Assembly: GCF_006345805.1 (NCBI RefSeq)
Contig: NW_021832726.1
Location: 1 to 33,131, forward strand
Source of the DNA: Octopus sinensis
Taxonomy: Eukaryota
DNA: 33,131 bases
Reading direction: 5' to 3'
Positions 21,966-33,000 of this stretch are shown piece after piece. The notes beneath the pieces are model-generated. The model did no database searches and was not told the origin of the DNA. It saw only the letters and a program-made list of their open reading frames with translations. A program made the translations under genes and the position numbers. Positions within the stretch are counted from its first letter, which is position 1, and every line of letters starts with the position of its first letter.

Positions 21966-22084
21966 CTCGGAGAACAAGGATATAAGAAATAGAATAAGGT
22001 TGCAAATGGGTGTATTTGAGTCCATGTTTTCATGTTGAGATGTGTGTGTGTGCATGAGTTACAAAAAGATTGGTGTTGAAAAAT

Positions 22085-22460
22085 GTAGAATGTATGGAAG
22101 GAGGAGAGAGAGAGAGACTGATTGACAGATAAACAGATAGAGAAACAGACAGAGAAGGAAATGGAGAAAGAGAGAAGAGAGAGAGGAAGAAGATGAGAGC
22201 AAAAAGAAGATGAATTGATTGAGATAATAAAGATAAAGAGAGAGCAGCTGGGAGAAAGACTGAGAATATACTTGTAAAAGAGAAGAGGAGAGAGTAAGTG
22301 AATGAATAGAGATCTAGTAAAGAGAAAGAGAAAGTAGAGAATAAGTAAAGAGGGAGAGAGGGAGAGAGAGAGAAAGTCGAGAGTAAGTGAAGAGGAAGAG
22401 AGAGAGAGGGAGAGATGGTAAGAGAAGAGAATGATATAAGAAAGCGATAAAATAATCAGA
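22085..22460 (+). repeat. Purine-rich (GA/GAA/GAGA) low-complexity tract
   Basis: Strong purine strand bias over ~370 bp. Confidence 0.85.
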
Positions 22461-22559
22461 GATAAAACAGTAGAATATATCAAGATTACTGTCTAATCTA
22501 ATTAAGACTGAAATAACTGTGATATTTGAAGCCTTAGTAACACACACACACTAACAGAC

Positions 22560-22605
<46 letters not shown>

Positions 22606-22952
22606 CCATGCGCAAAAATATATTTGAAAAGGAAGGTATACTTGTTTTAATAAGCTAACAGATTTAGCCTCATAGCCTCACTGTGTAAAGTAAATAACAT
22701 GTCTATTCTATGGTTTTTTTCATTTTCCATGAGTAGAAAAATTTGGAATCTGTCTGAGAAGTTCCTTGTTTTCTTTGACCAGTGTGCTTTGTTTATTTTT
22801 TTATTCTACTGAAATATGGTTAACCACCTCATACCAGGAATCTCTGCACCCACCAACTCCTTGATGTTTGGTAGATTCTAAATTTCACGTTGAGTCTCTC
22901 TCTACCAATGACATCACTGTAACTGAGTTATTTTTGTTCTTTTTTGAACAGT

Positions 22953-23115
22953 GGCACAGGAGCGGATGTGTGGTAAATAGCTTGCTTACCAACCACATGG
23001 TTCTGGGTTCAGTCCCACTGCGTGGCACCTTGGGCAAGTGTCTTCTACTATAGCTTCTGACCGACCAAAACCTTGTGAGTGTATTTGGTAGACAGAAACT
23101 GAAAGAAGCCTGTCG

Positions 23116-23174
<59 letters not shown>

Positions 23175-23385
23175 TTGAGTGTCTGTGTTTGTCCTCCCAG
23201 CATCGCTTGACAACCAATGCTGGTGTGTTTACATCCCTGTAACATAGCGGTTCAGCAAAAGAGATCGATAGAATAAGTACTAGGCTTACCAAAGAATAAG
23301 TCCTGGGGTCGATTTGCTCGACAATAGGTGGTGCTCTAGCATGGCCGCAGTCAAATGACTGAAACAAGTAAAAGAGTAAAAGAGT
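22953..23385 (+). mobile_element. SINE family A, full-length, internal (TG)n
   Basis: tRNA-like head (tgtgtggtaaatagc...gggttcagtccc), CORE-like 'ggcaccttgggcaagtgtcttctactatagc', internal (GT)n 23114-23170, tail gtaaaagagtaaaagag. Confidence 0.92.
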
Positions 23386-23545
23386 GGTTCACAACCAGGG
23401 TCCAAATAACCCTTGGGTCTCCATATGAGATTTTGTTGTTAAAATCTATCTCCAATAAATTAGTTATACTTCTAAAATACACAAAATATCTGAACAATTT
23501 TTTGCATAATTCCCAATAATCCTTTCTACTGGAGGCACAAGGCAT
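23381..23545 (+). mobile_element. Possible hAT (Charlie-like) 5' end fragment
   Basis: 'agtggttcacaaccagggtcc...acccttgggtctcc' resembles CAGTGGTTCCCAACC termini; no partner TIR found. Confidence 0.3.
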
Positions 23546-23547
23546 CG

Positions 23548-23736
23548 AATTTGTGGGGAGAAAACTAGTCGATTACATTGACCCCCAGTGCTTCACTGGT
23601 ACTTAATTTATCGATCTTGAAAAGATGAAAGGTAAAGTCGACCTCAGTGGAAGTTGAACTCAGAATGTAGTAACAGGTGAAATACCACTAAGCATTTCGA
23701 GCAGCGTGCTAACGAAACTGCCAACTGGCTGCCTTC
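23548..23736 (-). mobile_element. SINE family B
   Basis: Reverse complement colinear with 27583-27750 (gtcgattacattgacccccagtg...tggtacttaatttatcga...gatgaaaggtaaagtcgacctc...gaactcagaa...ctaagcatttc...gctaacga..ctgcca). Confidence 0.85.
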
Positions 23737-23743
23737 AGTATAA

Positions 23744-24049
23744 TCTTTATATATAAAATTGAAGTTGTGTGTGTGAGACTCTGTCTCCTCCGATTTAGAT
23801 TCCTAACTACTCCCATATTTTGCGGTGCAGTTTAACCAAAAGCGTGTATCTTATAGTCGTCATTCATATCAAGCCCTTCTGGGTATTAGCGCGAGTCTAA
23901 GATGAGTCTACGATTTAAAAAAAAATTTACCATCATTTTTCCGCATTTTTAATGATTTTTGCTCGGGTTATATAAGGGAAGTAACTCTCTAAAATGCTTA
24001 TATAGTTATTTCCCTTACAAACCCGAGCAACGCCGGGCGATACTGCTAG
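23744..24049 (+). mobile_element. Non-autonomous Helitron (306 bp)
   Basis: 5' TCTTTATATATAAA, 3' hairpin cccg-N8-cggg (24022-24037) then CTAG (24046-24049); flanked by A (23743) and T (24050). Confidence 0.85.
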
Positions 24050-24075
24050 TTCTTAATAATATTTGATTATAAAAA

Positions 24076-24271
24076 GCAGTGAGCTAGTAGAAATGTTAGT
24101 ACACTACAGGTGCAGGAGTGGCTGTGTGGCAAATAGCTTGCTTACCAACCACATGGTTCTGGGTTCAGTCCCCCTGCATAGAACCTTGAGCAAGTATCTT
24201 CTACTATAGCCTCGGGCCAACCAAAGCCTTGTGAGTGGATTTGGTAGACAGAAACTGAAAGAAGCCCATCG

Positions 24272-24303
<32 letters not shown>

Positions 24304-24645
24304 TGTGTGTCTGTATTTGTCCCCCCCCCCCACAACATTGCTTGACAACCGATGCTGGTGTGTTTACCTCCCCGTCACTTAGCGGTTCGGCAAGAGAGAC
24401 TGATAGAATAGGTACTAGGCTTACAAAGAATAAGTCCTGGGGTCGATTTGCTTGACTAAAGGTGGTGCCCCTGCATGGCCACAGTCAAATAACTGAAACA
24501 AATAAAAGAATAAAAGAATAAAAGAATAAAAGAACACCAGGCAACATGCTCGGTGGCATTTTGTCTGTTTTCACGTTCTGAGTTCAAATTCCACCAAGCT
24601 TAACTTTGCTTTCCATCCTTTTGAGATTGATAAAATAAGCACCAA
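24076..24645 (+). mobile_element. SINE family B interrupted by a SINE family A insertion
   Basis: Head 'gcagtgagctagtagaaatgttagtacac' (24076-24104) resumes as 'acaccaggcaacatgct...ttctgagttcaaattcc...ttccatccttttgagattgataaaataagcacca' (24534-24645). Confidence 0.75.
24109..24533 (+). mobile_element. SINE family A, full-length, internal (TA)n
   Basis: Colinear with 22953-23385; tail (AATAAAAG)n. Confidence 0.92.
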
Positions 24646-24809
24646 ATTTCGGCTCCATAGAACAGAATACTCTCACACATGCTCTGAACAAGGTCAGTCT
24701 TGTTTACTTTGAAGTACTTGATTGCCAAAAATGATTGAAGCTTGTTATAAGTTCTCCAGGTTAAAATTAAATGTTTTTCACAAAAAAAAAAAAAAAATGA
24801 ATATTAACT

Positions 24810-25042
24810 TTAAGCCTTTAGCATTCAGATTACTTTGTCAAACATAATGCTTATTTATTCATATTTTCTCAAAATTAATCCTGTTTTATCTTGTAACTTT
24901 GAAATTTCAAAGATTTGATTCTTTATTTTTTGGGATGATATTGCAGAATAGATATGAGACTCTGGATCTGGCCAATTTGAACATAAAACAGGTAGAATAT
25001 TTTGGCCGGGTGTGGCACCTGTTTAAATGCTAAAAGAGTTAG
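24810..25042. mobile_element. Degenerate piggyBac-like MITE
   Basis: Ends 'ttaagcctttagcatt' and 'aatgctaaaagagttag' resemble TTAA-CCCTTTAGCATT termini; several mismatches. Confidence 0.45.
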
Positions 25043-25159
25043 AACTATCTAAAATTGCAGTGTAGTACTCTAAGACTGCTCCATAACCGATGATGCTTGG
25101 TGTGCCGCTGTGTAACCTGAATATGATTTTTTCCCCTATTTTTAATTATATATTTAGTT

Positions 25160-25163
25160 CTTT

Positions 25164-25217
<54 letters not shown>

Positions 25218-25342
25218 GTCATCATCTTCATCTTCATCATTATCATCTTCATCGTTATTATCAATAAGAGTTGTAGTAGTCTGTTATATTTATTACCAAT
25301 TCTCTTCTTCTTGCCATCATCATCATCATCATCATCATCACC

Positions 25343-25376
<34 letters not shown>

Positions 25377-25467
25377 CTATCATCATCATCACCACTATCA
25401 TCATCACCACCATCATCGTCACCATCATCACCATCATAATCATCATCATTATCATTACCACCAACAC

Positions 25468-25499
<32 letters not shown>

Positions 25500-25555
25500 C
25501 CATCATCACCATCACCATCATCACCACCACCACCACAACCACCACCACCACCACT

Positions 25556-25586
<31 letters not shown>

Positions 25587-25590
25587 ATTC
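25160..25590. repeat. Long (CAT)n/(CAC)n tracts
   Basis: Directly visible; source of the poly-S/poly-H pseudo-ORF. Confidence 0.95.
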
Positions 25591-25889
25591 TGTTGTAGAT
25601 GATGTTATTGTTGTTGCTTCTACCATAATTATTGTTCGATATAATGAATAATGTTACTAATTGTTTGTTTGATATTTCAGTATTTCTTCAATTTATTTCT
25701 CCGTAACCAAGATAAGGCTTCTACCAAATATGTTGCACTATTTTTTACTTTGTTTTTTATCAACATGTTTATTCCCCACCCCATCCTTTTTTTTTTTCAT
25801 GTTTTCATAATTTCTATTCAAAGGAAGCTAGTGAAATAACAGAAATTCTGGGTTCTATTTTTCCATTTTTTTACCCCTTTTGCCTGAAA

Positions 25890-25931
25890 TTATCATCATC
25901 ATCATTGTGATTATTGTTATTATTATTGTTA

Positions 25932-25996
<65 letters not shown>

Positions 25997-26025
25997 GTTA
26001 TTATTATTATTGTTATTATTATTTG
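25890..26025. repeat. (ATT)n tract
   Basis: Directly visible. Confidence 0.95.
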
Positions 26026-26294
26026 TTTTTCACCCCACAAATAATATCTTAATTCTCTTGTTTTATTTCTTTACTGTACTCACTAACCTGATAAGAAATC
26101 AAAAATGATACATAACATAATTTTTCTTTCTTTTTTTTGTTTGTTTGTTTATTTATTGATATATTTCATATCTCACACATACATATGCATTATAGAATAA
26201 AATGATAACATCCCCATCGCTGAGATATGTGTGTGTGTGTGTGTGTGTATTTTGAGTCTTTATTCTGAGGTCAAGCACAATAAGAAGATAAATG

Positions 26295-26303
26295 GTGATG
26301 ATG

Positions 26304-26352
<49 letters not shown>

Positions 26353-26410
26353 TGATAATAATAATAATAATAATGTTTTCTTAACAATAATGATGATCAT
26401 CATCATCATC
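26295..26410. repeat. (AAT)n/(GAT)n then (CAT)n tract
   Basis: Directly visible. Confidence 0.9.
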
Positions 26411-26567
26411 ATCTGTTGAAGAGATAAAAGGAAGGTGATAGAGTTGAAGAAGCCCTCTTGAATTATGTGTGAGGTGAAGAGGTTACAAACACACACATAC
26501 ACCTACATACTTACATACATGCATATATATATACATACAGACACATGTATATTTATATACATATGTG

Positions 26568-26612
<45 letters not shown>

Positions 26613-27533
26613 ACATACATATGTATATGTGTATGTGTATGCATATATATATATGTACATGTACACATACGTTACATATATATATATATGTACACATATG
26701 TATATGTATGTAGGTAGGTATAAACATACATAGTCAAGGAAGAAAATGGAGGGACAATGTTGCACATGTTTAATAGTTTAATACTCAATTATAGTTGTTT
26801 GAGTACTATTCCATTTTAAATGACATATATGATTATGTGTCACAAAATATTCTATTTACACTATATACACTATATACCTATACATATATAAATTTACACA
26901 TGGTTTATTATACCAACGTGATACTTTATTAGACATGTACCATGTGTTAGAATCATTATTATCATTATTATTATTATTATTGCTAATACTAGGTCTTTGC
27001 CCATCACTGTGCTGCCAGGAGAAATATTTGTTAACCATGCATGTACTTCCTTTTAATAGTAGGCTGTTATGTAGTGAATGTCTTGTTAGTTATTATGGGG
27101 AAAACAGTCTACCTATCTATCTTTGATACACACACACACTTTCTCCTTCCCTCTCTCTCCCTCTCTCTCTCTCTCTTTCTCTTTTTCACGCACAGAATTT
27201 CTCTCTCAACAACTACAACAACTTGTCATTGTAGTGAAAGTCTTTTTTTAAAGTATCCGTTGCATTTTCTCTATGTTGAAAGACATACGGAAACACACAC
27301 ACAGAAATACACATGCATGAACAACCAAAAAACATAACTATCTATATTGCGTAATGAAAAATTGTTTTGAAACTGTGTTGCATTGTGTTGACAGACTTGC
27401 ATTTAAAATTCCTATGTTTCTAAACAAAACTTGTTAGTTACAACAGTGATGACACTACTTATCTATCTATTTGTCTATGTCTCTCTTTCTCTCTATAAAT
27501 ATATGTGTGTATGCATGCTTTTGCGTGCATGTG

Positions 27534-27579
<46 letters not shown>

Positions 27580-27582
27580 GAA

Positions 27583-27812
27583 GGCGGCGAGCTGGCAGAC
27601 ACGTTAGCGCACCGGGCCGAATGCTTAGCGGTATTTCGTCTGTCGTTACGTTCTGAGTTCAAATTCCGCCGAGGTCGACTTTGCCTTTCATCCTTTCGGG
27701 GTCGATAAATAAAAGTACCAGTTTTGCACTGGGGTCGATGTAATCGACTTAATTCGTTTGTTTATCCTTGTTCATCCTCTCTATGTTTAGCCCATTGTGG
27801 GTAGTAAAGAAT
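27583..27812 (+). mobile_element. SINE family B, best-preserved (young) copy
   Basis: GGCGGCGAGCTGGCAG head (A-box-like), B-box-like GAGTTCAAATTCC (27655-27667), central 'gtcgactttgcctttcatcctttcggggtcgataaa..gtaccag' block; many CpGs retained; flanked by (TA)n. Confidence 0.92.
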
Positions 27813-28089
27813 ATATATATATATATATGCATACATATTCACTGTGTTATTCTCTCAACAACTTTTTCTCCTCCTCTTCTCCTAAAAATACATTGTGGGA
27901 GTATATTTTGATTCCTTCCCTGTTTTCCCTCCCTCTAATAGATGTTGTGATGGACAGACAGATGGGAATCCCCTTCTCTTTTATAATATAAGATTATCGT
28001 TTTCATTCCTGTATATTTATGTTGTTTATAGTTCCTCCATATATAAGCAAAGCTAATTAACAGCATAATAACTCAGTGACAGAGGTGGA

Positions 28090-28360
28090 CGTCAGAGGTA
28101 CTTAAGGGTGGGAGGTATTTATAACTGATTTGAGAAGGTGTTCGGTGGAAAATAAAGTAGTAAGGGAGGATATTGAAAATACAGGTTGTATGATGATAGG
28201 AAATGGTTCCAAGGAGAGAGAGAATTGGTAGCACAAAAGAGGCCTTGAAATATACGCAGTTACTCTGTCATATTATCACAGTAGTTGAATAAATAGTACC
28301 ATAGTTAGAAGATTAATGGCGGTGTTGGGTGTTAGAATGATGAGCTGTGGAGAAGACTAG
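28090..28360 (-). mobile_element. Possible very old L2/CR1-type LINE 3' remnant
   Basis: Weak: minus-strand 'PWNHFLSSYNL' recalls the WN..FP.SYNL end motif; otherwise unalignable by eye. Confidence 0.25.
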
Positions 28361-28429
28361 ACAGGGATAGATTAGATGTAGAGGGTCATAGGCATAAACT
28401 ATATGTTTTCAGGACCTCATTTTTCAATG

Positions 28430-28642
28430 AGTGGCCAGGTCTTCCCTGCAAGTCAAATCACCATTTAACACAGTCCAATATAGTCATCTCTGTGAGGCCC
28501 AACATTCGAAGGTCATGCTTCACCACCTCATCCTATGTCTTCCTGGGACCCCCTCTACCCTGGATTCCTTCCACTGTTTGGGAGTAACACTTCTTCACAC
28601 AGCTCTCCTTGCCCATCCTCAGTACATGACCATACCAATGCA
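28430..28642 (-). mobile_element. RTE LINE ORF2 C-terminal fragment
   Basis: Minus strand LHWYGHVLRMGKESCVKKCYSQTVEGIQGRGGPRKT*DEVVKHDLRMLGLTEM. Confidence 0.85.
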
Positions 28643-28670
28643 ACACACATATACACACACACACATACAT

Positions 28671-28706
<36 letters not shown>

Positions 28707-29204
28707 GTAAATGGATGAATGAATTATCCTTTGTTTACCGTTAACATGGAAAATTCAATAAACAGTTACCAGGGTAGCAAAATTCATGCAAGTAACAAGG
28801 ATGTAGTGACCTATTCAAAGGTAGACACTCCGGGTTAATGTGCAGTAATTTGTGTAGTATAAGTAAATAGATGGAGTTGAATGCAGATACCTATACATAC
28901 CTTTACATATATAAATACACACACACACACTCACATGCACACAAACACATATATACAAGAATTTAATAGGAGTAGTAACATTAGTAATTGAAGTAAATGT
29001 TAAGTACAGATAAAGAAGAGACATGAACACTTAACACAAAGATAGTAGATGTAACAATATTTCAAGATGTTGAATTCAATATTGCGTACTCAGTACTTAG
29101 AGTAAGTATATAGCATAGCATTTCTCATCTTGAAATTTATACACATACATATATGTAAATGGTATATAAATGCAACCACATAATATATGTTGACACACAC
29201 ACAG

Positions 29205-29215
29205 ATATGTGTATG

Positions 29216-29248
<33 letters not shown>

Positions 29249-29333
29249 ATATATATATATATACACACATACATACATATATATGATATATTTATATATA
29301 TATATACACATACACATGCATACATATATATGT

Positions 29334-29398
<65 letters not shown>

Positions 29399-29400
29399 CG
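29205..29400. repeat. (TA)n-rich tract
   Basis: Directly visible. Confidence 0.95.
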
Positions 29401-29538
29401 TATGTTTATGTGGCTCAAGTATAATGGCTATATGGTTCTTTTATTGTCATTTGTAGTTTCTTGGTTCATCTACAGAAATCTGAATTGATTGAAGCTCAAC
29501 AATTAAAATAGGGATAGACGAAACAGATGTATGTAGAT

Positions 29539-29539
<1 letters not shown>

Positions 29540-29592
<53 letters not shown>
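29540..29592. repeat. (TG)n
   Basis: Directly visible. Confidence 0.95.
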
Positions 29593-29593
<1 letters not shown>

Positions 29594-30319
29594 ACGTGTG
29601 TGGCCAATGAAAAAATTTACTATCTGCATATTAAGTTTTAAGTATATACAACTGGCCTCTCCAGAGCTCTGTGGCTGCTCATTTGTTCAATTGTAATACA
29701 ACTGATACATAGACGAATAAACATAAAGAGAGAGGAGAAGAATGAAGGAGAGAGAGAGACAGACAGGCAGACAGACAGACAGACAGATAAACTGCCAGAT
29801 AGACAGAGAGAAAGATAGTTTGTCAGAGGCAAGCAGGTTTTTAGATATGTAAAGTTAAGTAGAGAAATAATTACACATGCATGAATTGTTAGACAGACAG
29901 ATAGATGCAATGAAAAATAAGAGAAAGATAAATAAAGATTGGAAAATAAGAATTTTGAATAAGAATATGATCTTGCTGTGGTTAGTACTTTAATGGCTTG
30001 AAGTATACTTCAAAAGAATATCAACTTTGTCTAATCAACAAAAATATTTTTCGAAGATTTTTTTTCTAAGTCTTTAGCATGAATTCACCTCAATTCTGAA
30101 CACAATTTCATCGTTTAAATTATTAACAAAAGCACTCTGCTTTTGAGGTTTATTATTATTATTTTTGTGGTGGAGTACAGTCAAATATAATGTACACCAC
30201 CGTAGTGAACATTAACATGGTCTTTCTATCTGCAAGAAATAGAAGTTAAATCTTTCTCAAACTCTACAAAATCTTTGTCAAACACTTAGCAAAGGACACA
30301 CTGACTAATATTCTTGCAA

Positions 30320-30630
30320 GTTGGAACAAGACAGGTTAGTCATGACTGAAATGCCTTTTAATCACAGGTCATCTTGATTAGGGCTGACCCAGCATTAAAC
30401 AAGAAAAAGTACTACAATTACAACTAGGACATCCAAGTTGGTGGAGCTAATACTGGCACCTCCACCAGGTCATTTGATTTCATAGAAATAACACTCATAT
30501 CTCCCTCAAACCATACCTTACCATCTAAAAACAATGAAGCATATATTGGGTAATATAGTCTTAAATAAATTGTTTGAAAATAAATGGAGTGGTCATGGCT
30601 GGAGTGACTTTGATTATTAGTCGGTTCAGT
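30320..30630 (+). mobile_element. Two partial copies of SINE-like family D
   Basis: 'gacagg.tagtcatgactgaaatgcc...ttagggctgaccc' and 'atctccctcaaa.catac...ggagtggtcatggctggagtg.ctttgat' are reverse complements of the 2440-2690 blocks. Confidence 0.55.
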
Positions 30631-31139
30631 CTAATAAATGTAAGTTATTACTATGTAGTATATAATATACTACAGGAAATTATTGCAGCACTTTAGTATG
30701 AATAAGTCTTTGTGTTGGTATACAAAGGGAAACTCAATTTTTCTGATAGAGAAAAGCTAGCAATAATAACCAGCAGCTTATTCATCATTATCATCTTATT
30801 ATCCAATAAGCCGTGTATGAGTCAGATGGAATTTATTGAGGCAGCTTTTTCTCTGGTCAGATTCCTTTCCTGTTGCCAACCCTTATCTGTTTTTGAGAGC
30901 AAGGTAGTAATTCCATTTGGTCAGACGTGTTTTTGTGGAATATTCGAAATAAATGACATTTATTCACAATTATGTAATATTGAGATAAAGAGTCGAAATA
31001 TGCACACTCACTAACACACACACACACACACACACAGTCTTTGTTTCACACCTATGCTCTTCTACAGAAAAGAATGAAGAAAGCAGATGGGGAGAGGAAA
31101 ACAGTGGAGAGAGAAAAGAAAATGTGTCAAAATTAACAG

Positions 31140-31228
31140 TCACACATGGCTGTGTCATTGAGAAGTGTGCTTCTAAACCACGTAGTTTCAGGTTCAAGCC
31201 CATTGCATGGCACCTTGGGCAATTATCC
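31140..31228 (+). mobile_element. SINE family A head fragment
   Basis: 'catggctgtgt...aaccacgtagtttcaggttcaagcccattgcatggcaccttgggcaa'. Confidence 0.65.
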
Positions 31229-32504
31229 CCTATCTTTTATCATAGTCATGGGCTAATTAACACCTTGTAGATGGATTTTCTATGGGAAAATAAATTCCTC
31301 AGCCAGTTAATACAATGGAACAGAAGTTGGAAATAAGCACTGAAATTTTGTAGTTTAGAACAAAAAAAAGAGCTGCACCAAAGAATTATCTATGTGATAG
31401 AAAATAATTTAACAAAAATTCTTCGATGATTTATTAAGTACTGTCATATGGAAGAATCCTGAATTTTGATATATCTTTTCCTTGTTTGTTTTGTTTGTTT
31501 ATCTATCTACCCTGCTGTTTTTATAATCATTCTCTAACTCATATATCCTTATAGTTTTTTTCTATTACATTGGTAACAGATACATACAGAAATATTGTCT
31601 AGAAATGAATAAAAAAAGAATGATTTTTTTATTTTCTTTCAATGAATGAAATTTTTTTTATTTCTCATTTTAGATATTGCAACACATATACAGCTATCAT
31701 TTTCATTTATTTACAAATTTTACTGGGTTGTTTTGTCTCACTTTCCATTTTTTTTTGTTCTGGAGGAGCCAAGCAGCATAGCAGTAAAGCAGACAGAAAG
31801 ACAGTGGGATAATGGGAGAGAAAAGAAGAAAAGAGAAATATTCCAGAGAAAAGATGAAGAATATTAAAAAAGAAGAGAAGTGTAATGATGGTGTATAGCT
31901 GTTTTATCTCAGGGTAAAATGACAGACATATATAAAGAGCACATGCATGTATGCATGCATGTATGTGTGTGTGTGTGAAACTTTGCATGTGCAAATATAA
32001 TTTTGTAGTGCATTTTAAATTAAAATGTATTACAAATAACTAGTATTTATAATTCTATACCTATTCCAGCAAATCCACAGAAATGTTGTAAGAAGGACCT
32101 GCATTATAGTGTGAGTTCATTTAGTTGGATTCTACTGTTTGGATAGGTTACAGAGTACATATAAAATGCAAAACAAAACAGAAGAGTTCGTTCAGAAAAT
32201 ATTTAGTTACAGCAGCTTACATGCGTTTCATTGACAATAAAAAATTACCTGTTATATCAGGATTTTATTGTCAAATTTTCAGAGATTGCATAACTATTAT
32301 GAGTAAAATTTTGTATTCGTTTTGGATAGTTAATATTATATTACTGTTGTCATATAATATGAGCATTAATAATTATTTATGAGAATTATACAATCTCTGA
32401 AGATTTGACAATGCAATCAGCTCATAAAATTTTTCTTAAAACACATGATAGATGCTAAAACTAAACATTTTATGAAAAATTCTGTTTTCATTTGCTTCAT
32501 ATAG

Positions 32505-32552
32505 ATATATATATATATACATATATATACATATATATATATACATATATAT

Positions 32553-32625
<73 letters not shown>

Positions 32626-32631
32626 TAATAT

Positions 32632-32662
<31 letters not shown>

Positions 32663-32706
32663 GTATATATATAATATATATATATATATATCTATAGTAT
32701 ATATAT

Positions 32707-32778
<72 letters not shown>

Positions 32779-32794
32779 GTATATATATGATATA

Positions 32795-32866
<72 letters not shown>

Positions 32867-32955
32867 GTATATATATATGTATATATACAACATATATATC
32901 TATATACACACATACAGACATAGATAATATATGGGTATATATATATATATATACA
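32505..32955. repeat. ~450-bp (TA)n-dominated tract
   Basis: Directly visible. Confidence 0.97.
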
Positions 32956-32965
32956 CACACATACA

Positions 32966-33000
32966 TGTGTGTGTGTGTGTATTCTTTCATTAAACAACAG
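32966..33000 (+). promoter_or_regulatory. Candidate 3' splice acceptor preceded by (TG)n
   Basis: tgtgtgtgtgtgtgt-attctttcattaaacaacag|G. Confidence 0.45.

Noticed and set aside
24661-24692. 32-bp candidate exon (QNTLTHALNK) with |gtcagt
   Set aside because: Acceptor region overlaps a SINE remnant; too short.
28746-28820. ATG-initiated MENSINSYQGSKIHASNKDVVTYSK with a vague resemblance to a caspase-3 N-terminus
   Set aside because: Similarity is superficial, the donor (gtagac) is weak, and a phase-0 join to 33001 would hit a stop.
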